This document shows positions 37,186 through 50,265 of a DNA stretch of 64,000 nucleotides, in pieces. Source of the stretch: Leucoraja ocellata (lineage: Eukaryota); the NCBI GenBank assembly GCA_036785375.1, contig JAWMAR010000143.1, positions 3,596,001 through 3,660,000 of the forward strand, in the 5' to 3' direction. The position numbers and the translations under genes were made by a program. The first letter of the stretch is position 1. The number at the start of each line of letters is the position of its first letter. The notes below the pieces were generated by a model. That model ran no database searches, was not told the origin of the DNA, and worked only from the letters and a program-made list of their open reading frames with translations.

Positions 37186-38124
37186 ATGTTACTTTTTTGG
37201 TGTTTTATTATAATCCGAATACCTCAGATTCAAACCAAATACCTTCACAGCATTAATGTAAAGAGAAAGTTGAATGCAGAAAGTACAAACAGAAGAAATG
37301 CAAATTGGACAATTTAGCAATAGACGGTGTTAATTTTACATTAGGATGGGCTTCCAGAGCCAATCTGCACCAGCCTGTTGAGTTCCTGCCAATTATTTCT
37401 TATTTCAAACTGCATGGTGGTTTTTCTATTTGCGCAAAAATGGTATGCGATTGTTCGCCAGGTTACTCACCGTTCTCCTATGCTGCGAGTGCAACAAGTT
37501 TTGTTCCGATCGGTGGTATATTGTAAAAGTTATCGAGGTTTAAAAATCTTAAAAACCACGCGTGCACAGATTCCTTCAGTCAGCACCACGCAGATTGGTC
37601 TCTTCTCCTGTCAGCCAACGCAACGGCCCTTCCTGCCCCACCGTGGCGGCCTGTCCAGCCTCACTCACAAACTCTTCTCTCCCCTCCTCACAGTAACTTG
37701 ACTATCGTCTCCCCCACCACTGTGGGGGGGGGGGGGGGTTCAGTGGAGGCCCTGGTCCCTTCTCTCTCCCTCATCACTCACCCCGATCCCCCGCCCGCCC
37801 TCTGCGGCAATGGCGGTCCCGTCCCCCCGGGTCCGTTTCCTCCGCCTCCGCCATTGCGGTAATTCACCCTCATGGCCTTCTCAGAGGAGATTTTCTCCAT
37901 CAGCTCATCGAAACTCGTGGTGCCCACCGTGACGAACACTGACTCCATTCTCTTCCACCTCCCCCATGGCCCGGCGGTGGCAGCAAGAAGGCGGGTGGGC
38001 AGGGACGGACCGAGCGGGAACAGCGGTCAAGCAGGACAGGGATGGACCGAGCGGTGGCTGAGCTGGAATGGGCAGAGGGGGATGGAAGGTGAGTTGGGTT
38101 GCAGGGTGGCCGAGCAGTTTGCAT

Positions 38125-38309
38125 NNNNNNNNNNNNNNNNNNNNNNNNNNNNNNNNNNNNNNNNNNNNNNNNNNNNNNNNNNNNNNNNNNNNNNNNNNNN
38201 NNNNNNNNNNNNNNNNNNNNNNNNNNNNNNNNNNNNNNNNNNNNNNNNNNNNNNNNNNNNNNNNNNNNNNNNNNNNNNNNNNNNNNNNNNNNNNNNNNNN
38301 NNNNNNNNN
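38125..38309. other. Assembly gap (N run)
   Basis: Run of n characters. Confidence 1.
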
Positions 38310-38384
38310 TCAATGGGATCTAAACCACAGCTAACAATGAATGACCTGTGGAGGAAGGAACTGCAGATGTTGCTTTTAATGGAT

Positions 38385-38800
38385 GGAGGGAGGGAGTGAC
38401 TGAGGGTAGGGGAAAGGAGAGGTGAGGGAGGAGAGGGGAAGGATCTTTGGGTGAGGAGGGAGAGTGGGGGGATTGAACGAGAGGAAGAGTTAGGGAGGGA
38501 GAAGGAGAATGTGGGGGAGGTGAGGAGAGTGGAGGAGGAGGGGGAATAGAGAGGGAGGAGGGGGAGGTAGGGAGTGGGGAATGAGGGGAGGGCAGTGGGG
38601 GAGGTCAGGATAGATAGTGGGGGGGATAGGGGGAGATGAGTAGTGGGGATAGAGGGATAGGAGGGGAGTAGGGAGGGGAGAGAGGTTATGGAGGGAGGGA
38701 GGGAGAGGTGAGTGAGGGATTGGGGGAGGGGAGGAGGAGAAGGCAAATAAGAGGGAGGGCGAAGAGGAAGTGAAGGGAGTGCTGGGGGATGAGGGGAAGT
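38385..38800. repeat. G/A-rich low-complexity tract
   Basis: Almost C-free, G/A-rich sequence with many GGG runs. Confidence 0.95.
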
Positions 38801-41800
38801 GAGCCGTGCCTGCCCAGTTGTGGACTATGCGTGAGTGCTGCAATATTGTGTTGGGGGGGGTTGCATTGGGAGAATGGGTGAGTGGTGGAATATTGCACTG
38901 GGGAACGGGTTGCATTGGGGGACTGGGCCTCCCGTGTCACAGGCACCCAATGGGTCCCACTTAGTCTATACAAAGATAAATCTTACTCGGTTATAGTGGA
39001 CAATCGGTAGTACCGAACAACACCCCCCCCCCCCCCCCCCCCTCTATGTTCCTTTATAATGTGGGCTTACTAGAGTGCTAGATTTACGTATATTTTGCAT
39101 ACAAAGCAAGATTTATAATACAAATGTACAAAGTTAGAAGGATTAGACATGATTTGATTGAAAATATCTTGATATTAAGAGAAACTGATTGAGTGGATTG
39201 AGAAAACTATTTTGCTGGACGGGGAGTATAGAACTTTCAGGAAACACTTGAGGATGAGAAATGTTGAACTCTTACAAACAACATTTGAATAAGCCCCTTA
39301 TTGGCATTTCTAATTTAAATTTTGTTCGAAGAGGAAGAATTCTCTATGGCATGGTTGCCTTAGATTCCCTCAAAGGCAGGAATGGAATCATAGTTTCTGG
39401 TGGACCTGACTTTAACAAGTTGTTTGCCAATCTAAAATTAAAAAGACAGCCAAAATAAAGGGGTGCAGCTGAAGGTGACTGCTTATAAATGCAGTAAATT
39501 GTGGTTCCCTGTAAGGAAGCCTGATATTATTTATGACTGTGTTTAACTATGCGATTCTGCAGGAGGGTTCTAATGATAGATTTTACTGAAGGTCAATTGT
39601 ACATGGTTTGGGTCCAGGTTCTTTTTCTTGATTAACTTTAATCAAAGCACATGAATTCCATGACCCCAATAAAGCAATTTTTCTGACAAATGAAGACTGT
39701 CTTAACAAGGCTGGCCCATCTTAGCCAAACCAAAGCTGAGGTAATGTGATGTTTGAAGCCTCATTAAAGGCCTCAGCATGAAGTCCAAGGAGGGGGAGGG
39801 GGAACGATGAAACAGTGCTCTGTAAAAATAGCCCTTCTTTAAATTTAATCAGACAAATTATATGCAACCGAGTAGCTACCCTGGGAATGGCTTAAACTCA
39901 GTAGATGAAAGGGCTTCAAAAGGACCTAAAAGAACAGTCAGATGGAGGGGGAGGGAAATGTGAAAGAAGAAGAGCACTAATTTACACTAAAGCATGGTAC
40001 CTGCAATGACCATATCATGTCTGTGAAAAACTATGGGATAATATTAAATGTTGGAACTCAAGGCTTGTCATGGTTTGAAGATAATGTCACTCAAGCTGAT
40101 TTATCAGGATTATTCAAGCATATGTGTTCAATTATACATGGAGTAGTGTGATGTTGTTATGTTTCTTTTGTATGTCTAATCCTATTTGTTTTAAGCTTAA
40201 TGTGAATGGACCCCTAAAAATTAATTAACAGACAAATAAATGGCGTTTTCCTTTTGCTGATCCTCTTGAGAGAGTTTTTGTGAGGTTAGACTGTTCGAGA
40301 TGACGCAGGGGACAGAGCATTCATGATTGCAACTAAAGACCTCATGGGCATCTAAACCAGGTGATCATAGTATTACCGTCCTTGTTGAATAATCTACCAA
40401 TATATCTTTGGAAAGTTTGCAGCTCGTATGAAGGCTCATTTAGTCTATTCAAAATTGGAAGGAAGAAAATAAGGTGAAAACCTATGGTTGATCCTGTGCT
40501 TTTCTAACAATTCTCCTTTTGCAATTTAGTTTATCATCCACTCGTTTTGTGAATGTAGCTATTTGGTCCAGCAGCCACATGGTCCAGCAATGGGCAATTT
40601 GCTTCCTGTAGCAGATGATTCTATATGTATAGAACCTTGATCATGTTTGCTGCCACCTGAAACTAAATATCTGTTAATTGAAGCAAATGATGTCAGACAT
40701 TCATCAGTACTGCAAACTGCACTCTTAAATGTTTGGAAGGAAGCAAGTTCATTGTTGCTCTTCGAGGACAGTGGAAATACTATTGACTGATTCATATTCA
40801 AGTCTTTTAAAGCTCTTCTGATGATGCAGCCTGTCCCTATTGCTCAGAGTGGATAAAATACCACGGGACACAGATTTAACATTTTACCTTAAACTATAAG
40901 GAAATGTAATAATATACTTTGTTTTGAGCATTATTAGGATCTGGAATTATATGTGTGAAAGAGTGCCTTCAAAAGAGGCACTTGAGAGAGTAGAGTTTGC
41001 AATGTTTACCATGAGCTGGTGTAGACTTAATTGCTTGAATGTCTTTGTTCTGTGCAGCAACAATTCTTTGAAAGAACATCTGAATTTTTTGGTCATGACA
41101 ACATCGCTTTTCCATTGTTAACATTTGAAAGATGTGCCTAACTTTATTACATTTGTCTATACCTTGCTAGTTGGATAAGAGACCTTTCTAATTATCAAAC
41201 AGGATTTTTTTCTTGGACCACCTATCAGCAGAATTCAATAGCAACAAGACAAATAATGATCATTACAGATGATCATACAGTAGGCTACATGGGATTTGTC
41301 TGGTTAAGCCTTAATGATGAAAGCTGAACTTGGGAAAAGAAAGGGTGGAAAAGAAACAAATTGATACTGATCCACATATAGTGGAGGAGCTGATGTCATA
41401 GTTGTATAATTCTGGAATCCGGGTAGAAAACCTGTAGCATTTCTGTTAATTATTTAACGGGTTACAAGTTTCTTATACAGGAATAAATATATTTCTTCTT
41501 ATAGAATTTCCATCAACTTGTCACTATATCATAGCACCAAGTTGCCATGACCAAAAAGTTCAAATATACTTTCAAAGAATTATTAAGAAGGAGGCCATTC
41601 ACCTAATCGAGTGTTTCCCAGCGCATGGTAGACCCAACAGATTTTACTCTCTCATTGGCTGTTTCGGTCACCTTTGAAGGCACTGGTTTGCACAATTAAT
41701 GTTAGAAGTCGCTCTGCACCCAGCTCTCGCACAATACCAGATATTAGTGCTGCATCTCTACCATTTAGTGACTGTGGAGAAAGACTGATCTAGTCTTGTC

Positions 41801-44800
41801 TATGAATGATGTCACTGACTTGGCAAACTGCTCAGGAATCAGCTGCTTGCAAACCAAGTGTGGTCAAAGCCACCCAGAGTGGAGAATGTGCGTCACAATT
41901 TATGAATATTGGGTCTGTTACTTGGCTTATCAACTGAAAAGCCAACATGCATGAACTGTGTTTTCACTGTTTCTTTTGGATGCAACCACAGCAAGCAGGC
42001 CTTTAATCTAATTCTTCTCCATTATCTTTTTGCGTGAAGATGTGTTGCTTTTGTCAGCCCTGGGATTCACCATGGGACCTGCATTTCCTCTGTAAAGATG
42101 TTCTGTGGGATGTTTCTGACAGTGTAGTTATGCTGTAAATCTAGCATTGTTTAACATCAATAGAATATTTGTTAATTTTTTTGCAGATTACCAATTACAA
42201 AACCTAGGAATATGATACATTATTGTAAAGATTTGTGCCCAAGACCTAACAAAATGAGAAAAGCTAAAAATAGAAACATTTTTGGCATCATTGTGGTATA
42301 ATTGTAATTTAACTATTTTCATTACTATCAGTGTTATGATTTTCATCAATGTACTTACAATGTATTTTTCCTTGTGATAATACTAATTTGGTAAAATGAA
42401 CAGAGAACTATGTCAATATTTTTTTGCAAGGAAGGTCATAAATATACCAGCTGTTTGTTATGATAGAGCAGCAAAGGATTATTTGTGGTTTGCTCCTTTC
42501 AAGTTAAAAAGTTTTATTCTCTTGCTGTGAAGCAAGAATGCTTTTATTTTTAACCCACTGTGATAGGATGCTTTTGTATAGAGCTTTATTAATTAAATCA
42601 TATTATATTAGTTACGTAGCAGCTCTAATATACAACAAGAAACCTCACGAGTAACTGGTTAAACTTCACATTAGTGATATAATTATTAGATTAATTTTAT
42701 TGTCAACTAAAATGGATTAAAGAATACAGGGTCAATCTAATGGTATCACATTTTGATTTATTAAAAATAGATTGTGTCCTTGGGTATGACCCAGACTGTG
42801 TGGGGGCAGATTCATCCAAGAAAAGGATTAGGAATTAAAAAAAAAGACTTTTTTTGAGCAAAGACAGTTAAAAATTAGATCTAAATTCAACTAATATGCC
42901 ATTAAACCACCTACCATTAATTCAGTAACTCTGTTGTTTCTACTCGAGTCCATCAAAGGATTTAGTATCAGCTCTAATATACAACAAGAAATATAAAGTA
43001 TAAAGTTGTTATACATCTTCTTAACTTTAAAACTTACTGCAACCAACACAGACTTATGAAAGCATCATCAAAGCAGGCTATCCTGCATTTCTTTAATATG
43101 ATTATGTCATTTTAAAATGTTTGATGCTTACCAAAATTAACTTTGAGTCCAGGCTTCCTTGGTTCACTGCCCTCCGTATAACTGCATTTTTTCAAACAGA
43201 GGCAGTAGTGTCTCAGGGAGTTAATCTTATCCTTATTAAATATTCTGTCATAAAAATAGGTTCTGATAAAGGGCATGAGGTAGAAAGTAAGTATGTGCAT
43301 TTGTCTCAAATGATACAACACCACCAACCAAGGTAAAACGGGTGTAATCTCTCCCAGTTTCACATATTTGGCTGCTCTGGCTTTTCTACTTTCAATTTAA
43401 CCATTTAATCAAATATAATTGAATTTACAATTTGTGTGAGTTGGAAAATCTCTTTTATTTACTAAAAAGTGAATGTGCAACTGGGCAATCCATTTTCATT
43501 ACTCTGCTCAGCACCATTCCCTATCCAACTAATCAAAAGATCCTACATCTTGATCAGTACAAATTTACTTAGTCCTTTGCAATGCAATGCAATGTCAACT
43601 TTATAATCAAACATATAACTGATCTTGTCCAGTTTCATTTTAGGCATATGTCAAAACAAGTATGGAGTTCAATTGATGGTCACCATGAATAACTTCTTTG
43701 GCCAATCCATCCTGCTCTCATAGTGGGGTGATGAAGGTACGGTTATTGTTGGCAGCCTACAAGGTTATAATAATTTGTGGAAAAGTTAAACAAAAACATA
43801 ATAATTGTGAAGAAAAATGATAATGTTGTGAAATGTCCAGTTATTCTAACACAAGAAAACTTGGTCCAGTGTTGAGAATCCTTGTGTGTGCTACATAAAG
43901 ACAGACTTTGAAATATAGCAGGGGTTGTGGTCTTCAGTTATTTTGTTTTAAATGAGTCCCAAACGATCATGATAACCTGCAGTTGAAACTGGCTCTGCTC
44001 CTTTGAACAAAGCAGTTACAACTTTGAGCTCTATTACTGTTAAATGTTCGCATGGTTATTTGCTTTTGGGCTGTTTTTAACTAAACAAATTTTGCTTTGC
44101 TTTTAAACTCAATACTGGGAGCTTTCAGATGAGCATATGTTGCTGCTATAGATGTGAAGGATTTGAGCAACAAAGTGATTTGTCCTGTAATCTAGGTATA
44201 GTCACAGTTCACTTTAGTTAGTCTGTCCAAGTAATAAGCCTAACATGATTACAGTTTGCTTAAGCAGATTAATTAACAGTTTAGAGATAATTCTGCTGGC
44301 AAGTCTGTATTTGCAGTAAAAAAACAAAGTTTACTTCTTAAACATACTCAGTTGAAGTTACCAAAAGAAAGCACTGCAAACTAGTTTGCTGCTTGGTGAC
44401 CCTTATGAATGTTCAAAATATTCATTAATAAATAAGTTTGGTGAAGTAAGTAAGCATAAATCAATAGCTTGCAGATTGAAACAACTAGTTAAGATGATTT
44501 CCGGGGAAATAAGTTCATTCTTGGCCATTCATTTTGAACACTTTGGAAAAGGGTTTTAGAATTCTAAATATTGTGCTATTGTAAATTGTGCACAATTGGA
44601 ATCAGAAGATCCTCATGTCATATTTAGTGAATTACAATCATCCACAATGCCCATCTGAAATAAGTCTAAGCGCTTAAAAAGTAAAAGACCCTAAAAGCAA
44701 CTTACAAGGAACTACAAGATTTTCATATTTAGGGGCCCAAGATGTGTTGTTGCAGTATTTCTTGGAAATGAAAAGCCCCAGATCCACTAAAAACTTGAAA

Positions 44801-46032
44801 AATCATTAATTAGGTAACATTTTCCAGAATTCATATTCCAAAAGAAAATGTGTGCCCATAATCGGATGTGCTTGGCTTTCTCGTGTAAAAAATATCAATA
44901 GGGTTTATGTTATTCTTGCACAGGTAATTTTGATAGAATGTAGTGATTCAACTATTAACTAATTGTGGCACACGTTGCACTTGCATTTTAGGTTATGTTA
45001 AAACAGAAGTTACTGTAGGGAAGACAAGTTTATCTCCTTGAGATCCAAAAGATACAAACAGATTTTATTGGTCTGCCAGATGCAGAAGACACCGTGTTAC
45101 TGATGCAGAATTTTGCCTAAACACTAAAACCTGCTACAATGGCCCCAGTCCAGTGATGGCTTGAAGGAGGCAGCAAGGGCAGAAGTAGCAGAAGCAAATC
45201 CTGGAAGAGCACTGCTGTTATGTCAGCTGCAACATCAGTTGCGGGGACTCACTTCTCAGAGGAGTGCCTTTTTTGGAGGAGACAGAGGCAGAATAGGGCT
45301 CTGAAGGCTATGGGGAATAAAAAGACATACTTATTCAGAATTAATGCAGGATATGATTGTCTGGAGAATAGTACCTTTCTCCTCTGGGAAGGTGATTAAT
45401 CTTCAAGAACAGGGTAGAACATTTAGCTGGAAGTTTGTTATGATTTTCCAGCTATTCATTTAATTGTTGGAAAGCTGTTTATAGCTTGTTCATTTTATGC
45501 ATTTGAAATAACAGTTCGCAGTTAGAAAAATGCAGATGTTTCGTTGAAAACCAGATTTTGTGGTTGGCCTGTTTAAAAAAAAAATACACATAGGCTTTTA
45601 AAGGCTAATGCGACCTCTAAGTGGTATATGAGAGCTTTCTCAGACCACATAATGAACACTCCAAAAATACACATAAAAATATAATGGCAACCCTCCTGAC
45701 CTGAATGGAAGGAGCAACATTAGGTGATGACATTCTAGAACTGCATTGTGTTGTTCTGGGAAGATATGTGCAAAACTGGCACTTAGCACAAATGTTTTAG
45801 GCATTGTAACTTAGGGAAGGAGTGCAACGTGTGTTGTTGAGGTCAGGCCACAAAGCCTGCAAAGCCTACAATAATGGCATGGAGATTATTATCTCATCCA
45901 TGTCCATTTGATATTGCCGAATTTGGTGATGAGCAAGAAATAAGAGCAGGAATTCAAGCCATACACCGTGGACACAGGCTCCTAAGCCTAATATTTTCCC
46001 CTTCACCTACTCTGAGCAAGGGATTCTGTACA

Positions 46033-46502
46033 CATGGCCAGATTTAGATGAAGGGAGGCCCTAAGCAGTTCCACTTGTGAGGCCCCCTCCGCGTTGGTTT
46101 TCAGCGCTGGCGGCGAGGCAGCGACCGGACAACCATGGCGGCCAAATCTCCCACAATTCAAAGCGAGGGAGAAAGTCCCCAGTGCCGACCAGTTGCCGTT
46201 GCAGTGCGCATGCGCAGGGCGGCCGATAATGTGCTGGCCGTGGTTGTGCGAATGTGCAGGGGGGAGGACGTGCAGGCTGCAGCAATGCGCATGTGCAAGG
46301 CGGCCTGCCGTGCCGGCGGATGAGGAGCGAGTGGAGCCCGGCGGCCCGGACGCGGATACCGGGAGGAGATGGAGAGAGAGAGAGATAGAGAGGGTACCCC
46401 GCCCATAGTTGAACGGTAGGTGTCCTGCCTTGGCCGGAGGCCCCCCTAGACCTCGAGGCCCTAAGCTTCAGCTTGTCTAGCTTAAAGGTAAATCAGGCCC
46501 TG
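46033..46502. mobile_element. Non-autonomous hAT element (MITE)
   Basis: TIRs catggccagattta / taaatcaggccctg (12 of 14 match); 8-bp TSD tctgtaca (46025-32) / tctgtgca (46503-10); repeated subterminal gaggccc motifs; CpG-rich interior. Confidence 0.9.
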
Positions 46503-46510
46503 TCTGTGCA

Positions 46511-47062
46511 TCCACCCGATCTATTCCTCTCATGATTTTATACACCTCTATAAGATCACCCTTCATCCTTCTGCGCTTCAAGGAATAGAGTCCCAGGCTA
46601 CTCAACCTCTCCCTTTAGCTCAGACCTCTAGTCCTTGTAAATCTTTTCCGTACGCTCTCTAATTTGACAACATCTTTCCGATAACACGGTATCCAGAACT
46701 GAACACAATACTCTAAATACCCCAGAGCTCTACCATTCGCTGTGTTGGTCTTGCCCATGTTAGACTTACCAAAATGCAACACCTCCGTATGCAATTTCTC
46801 CGTATTAAATTCCATCAACCATTCCACAGTCCACCTGGCCAATCGATCCAGATCCTGCTGCAATTTTTCACAACTATGTTCACTATCTGCAAAACCACCT
46901 ACTTTTGTATCATCAGCAAATTTGCTATTCTTGCCATCTATGTTCTCATCCAAATAATTGATACAGATGACAAACAGTGACGGACCCAGCACCGAACCGT
47001 GAAGCACATCACTAGTCACAGACCTCCAGTCCGAGAAGCAACCTTCCACCATCACCCTCAGC
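46511..47062 (-). mobile_element. CR1 ORF2 reverse-transcriptase fragment with internal deletions
   Basis: RVMVEGCFSDWRSVTSDVLHGSVLGPSLFVICINYLDE...SKFADDTKVGG...LQQDLDRL..W...WLMEFN...LEYCVQFW. Confidence 0.95.
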
Positions 47063-47933
47063 TTCATTCCAAGAAACCAACTGTCCAGATTTCTATGTTC
47101 CTGTAAGGCTAATCCTGAGGAGTTAGCATGCTCCTCCATAGTGAGTAGATGGTTGTTGGTCTCAAAACCATTTTCTGCTTGATCCCCTTTAATTCCCTGT
47201 AGTTCACAATGGTTATCTGACCAAAGAAGTAGTTTAATAACAGAATGATACAACATAAACTTGCTCAATCCCTTGAAGTCTACACAGACCATCAAACATC
47301 TATTTCCCTTCATCCCATGTTCCCACGGTCCCATAAACTCCATGCCATACCCCCCTGATTCTACTCATGCACAAGAAGGAATTAACAGTGGCTAATTGCT
47401 TATCAACCTACATTTTTGATGCTGTGATTTTGCCAAATGCCTCATAGCATGTCATGTTTAGGATGCATCACAGTACTAAAAGAGGTGAATTAGCCCGAGG
47501 TGATTATGAAAGAATGAATCTTTAATCTAAAATACCTGCTCAACCAAGAATTATTGATTTGGATGATCAGCCAGAATCGGATGACATGGTGGAAGAATCC
47601 CCAACAGCTTAGAAAGATGAAGGTTTATTAGGAAACTGGGGAAGCAACTAGCTGCTGGTTTTGAGACCATACATCTTTCTCCAGAGATTATGCACCTGGA
47701 ATTGTACTTTATCTAATATACCCATGAATGACACTGAACAATGTTAATATATATAACAAGGGAATGCAACCCACTAATTTCCTGCTTTTTATATTCTGCC
47801 CTGAGGACACGCAGAAAGGCGAGCCAACCAGCTATCACTAGACAAATATTATGTCCATTGTTAATCTCTATGTCTTTCTTATGCTTCATATAAGTACCTG
47901 ACTAATTACATACTAGAACGATACTAGAATAAT

Positions 47934-48880
47934 GTAGACACAAAATGCTGGAGTAACTCAGTGGGACAGGCAACACCTCTGGAGAGAAGGAATGGGTGAC
48001 ATTTTGGGTCGAGACCCTTCTTCAGACTGATGTCGGGAGTGAGTGGTACAGAGATAAAATGTGTTCAGAGACAGTAATATTGGTGGGAAAACAGTGAAGG
48101 GGAAGGGGGAGGGGATGGAGACAGAGGGAAAACAAGGGCTACTTGAAGTTATTCAAGTGAATGTTCATACCGCTGGGCTGTAAGTTACCCAAGCGAAATA
48201 TGAGGTGCTATGCCTCACTCTGACAATGGAGGAGGCCCAGAACAAAAAGGTCAGATTGGGAATGGGAGGGGGAGTTAAAGTGCTGAGCAACTGGGAGATT
48301 AGGTAGGTTTAGGCAGACTGAGCGGAGGTGTTCAGCGAACCGATTGCCGAGCCTGCGCTTGGTCTCGCCGATATACAGGAGTCAACACCTGGAACAGGCG
48401 GATACAGTAGATGAGGTTGGAGGAGGTGTAAGTGAACCTCTGCCTCTCCTAAAATGATTTGGGGTCCTTGGATGGAGTCAAGGGGAGTGGTTAAGGGACA
48501 GGTGTTGTATCTCGTGCGGTTGTTGGGCAAAGTACCTGGGGAAGAGGTGGTTTGGGTGGGAAAGGACAAGTTGATCAGGGAGTTGCGGAGGGAATAGTCT
48601 CTGCAGAAAGCAGAAAGGGGAGGATATGGGAAGATGTGGCTGGTGTTGGGATCCTGGTGGAGGTGGCGAAAATGTTGGGGGATTATGTGCTGTATGCGAA
48701 GGCTGATGCAAAGATACAAGGACTCTGTCCTTGTTACGAATGGGGGGAGGGAGAGCAAGAGCGGAGATGCGGGATATCGAGGAGAACAATGTTCCAGCTT
48801 AATCATGAAAAATATAACGGGATAGAAACCAGTAGACATAATGTGTCGGAAGGAACTGCAGATGCTGGTTTAAACCGAAG
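47934..48880 (-). mobile_element. Penelope-like retroelement, 5'-truncated
   Basis: GIY-YIG coding remnant followed (minus strand) by a terminal repeat containing a mutated hammerhead motif (47994-48028); an additional tail piece lies at 48841-48880. Confidence 0.92.
48139..48787 (-). pseudogene. Penelope RT-linker/GIY-YIG endonuclease remnant
   Basis: Joined frames give RIQHII.QHFRHLHQDP.TSHIFP.PPLSAF.RD.SLRNSL...CPLT...SSNLIYCIR..CSRC*LLYIGETKRRLGNRFAEHLRSV...PVAQHFNS; frameshifted. Confidence 0.92.
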
Positions 48881-49236
48881 ATTTTGCAGTGACATATACG
48901 TACATTATATACCTAGCGACTAATTTTGTTTCACTTTATTATTACTGTTTGTAGTAGATAATGATGATTGTTTCCAGTTTTTTAGGCTCTATTAAACGCG
49001 AGGAAACAAAACAAAAATGCTGTAAACACACAGAATTATCTTTGGAAACAATTCAGCAGTTTCAGTTTCATGTGTGAGGCACCAAGTTCCCAGAACAGAA
49101 ATATTCAGTGGAAACATCGAGCTTCTTGGGCTATGATTATATTCCAATTACAAAGAGACTTCTGTTAATATCAATCATAATAGTGAATTGTAGTGGAACA
49201 ATCTTAGATTGATATGAGCTTATCCTCTTTGATAGT

Positions 49237-49365
49237 TGTTTAAGAAAGAACTGCATATGCTGGAAAAGTCTGTCTGAAGAAGGGTCTCGGCCGGAGACGT
49301 CGCCTATTCCTTCGCTCCATAGATGCTGCCTCATCCGCTGAGTTTCTCCAGCAATTTTGTCTACC
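49237..49365 (+). mobile_element. Short Penelope-tail retroelement with a short inverted arm and TSD
   Basis: Same layout as 11442-11570; perfect 13-bp TSD cctctttgatagt (49224-36 / 49366-78); hammerhead GAAA mutated to GAGA. Confidence 0.92.
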
Positions 49366-49749
49366 CCTCTTTGATAGTGTTCATTTTCATATTTCCTTCT
49401 AAAAATGCATTTCTAATGACTTCTTTGGTAATATTAAAGCAACATTTACCTACCTAGTCTCAAGACATGAATATTGCTGTACAATTGTTACATTCTGACA
49501 GCAGTTATTTAACTGACAAACTGTGGCAACATCAGAATAATACTACTTTCCTCATTCTTCTCCAGTATTATCTTGGGAATACTGCAATACGTTTAAGTTT
49601 TTCTTTCATGATTGGAAGGATCATTCATTGGAAGATTTATTCAACAATTATGCATTTTAGCCAGCACTTTTCTACAAAGGACAGCTTGAATTAAAAATAT
49701 ATATATTCTTTGTGTTGATGATGCATGTTAAAAATAGTGATTTTTAGTT

Positions 49750-50265
49750 TATTTCTCATCTAGTTTAGTCTAGTTTATTATTGTCATGTGTATAGTGATA
49801 AGCTTTTGTTTGCGTTCTACCCAGTAAATTAAATGACTATACATCATTACAATCAAGTTGTCCACAGTGCACGGATAAAGGGTACAACATTTAGTGCAAG
49901 GGAAAGTCTGATTAAAGATAGATCAAAGGTCTCCAATGAGGTAGGGTGGGTCAGGACTGCACGAGCTGATGAGAGGACCATTCAGTTGCCTGATAACAGC
50001 TGGGAAGAAACTGTCGCGGAATCGAAAGGTGTGTTTTTTCAAATTTCTGTACCTCTTGCCGAATGGGAGAGTGGAAAAGAAGGAGTGACTGGGATGAGAC
50101 TGATCCTTGATAATGCTGGTCGCCTTGCCAGGCAGAGTGAAGTGTAGATGGAGTCAGTGAAAGGGAGGTTGGATTGCATGACGGCCTGGGCTATGTCCGC
50201 AACTCTCTGCAATTTATTGCAGTCCTGAATGGAGCTGTTGACAAACCAGGCTGTGATGTATCCTT
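49750..50265 (-). mobile_element. Rex/Babar-like LINE 3' fragment
   Basis: ccaggctgtgatg, ctgtacctcttgccgaatgg and ggactgcacgagctgatgag; homologous to the coding remnant at 51808-52175; (tagtt)n tail. Confidence 0.8.

Larger units (their letters stand above)
37425..38969 (+). mobile_element. Non-autonomous Helitron-like element with an internal purine-rich tract (spans a gap)
   Basis: 37430-37550 aligns by eye with 335-470, and 38800-38969 with 655-800. 3' hairpin GGcACCCA-a-TGGGTCCC, then acttagt, then CTAT (decayed CTAG). 5' terminus not identified. Confidence 0.65.

Noticed and set aside
38385-38915. Pro/Ser/Leu-rich and Gly/Glu/Arg-rich ORFs (also 52690-53247)
   Set aside because: Stop-poor low-complexity purine/pyrimidine tracts, not genes.
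45253-45307. 55-bp minus-strand exon-like segment (tttttattccccatag...GAA|GTGAGT; PSEPYSASVSPKKGTPLR)
   Set aside because: Plausible splice signals but no recognisable protein and no partner exons; such matches arise by chance in 64 kb.
46061-46408. Four overlapping ORFs and a CpG-island-like promoter
   Set aside because: Lie wholly inside a hAT MITE bounded by TIRs and an 8-bp TSD.
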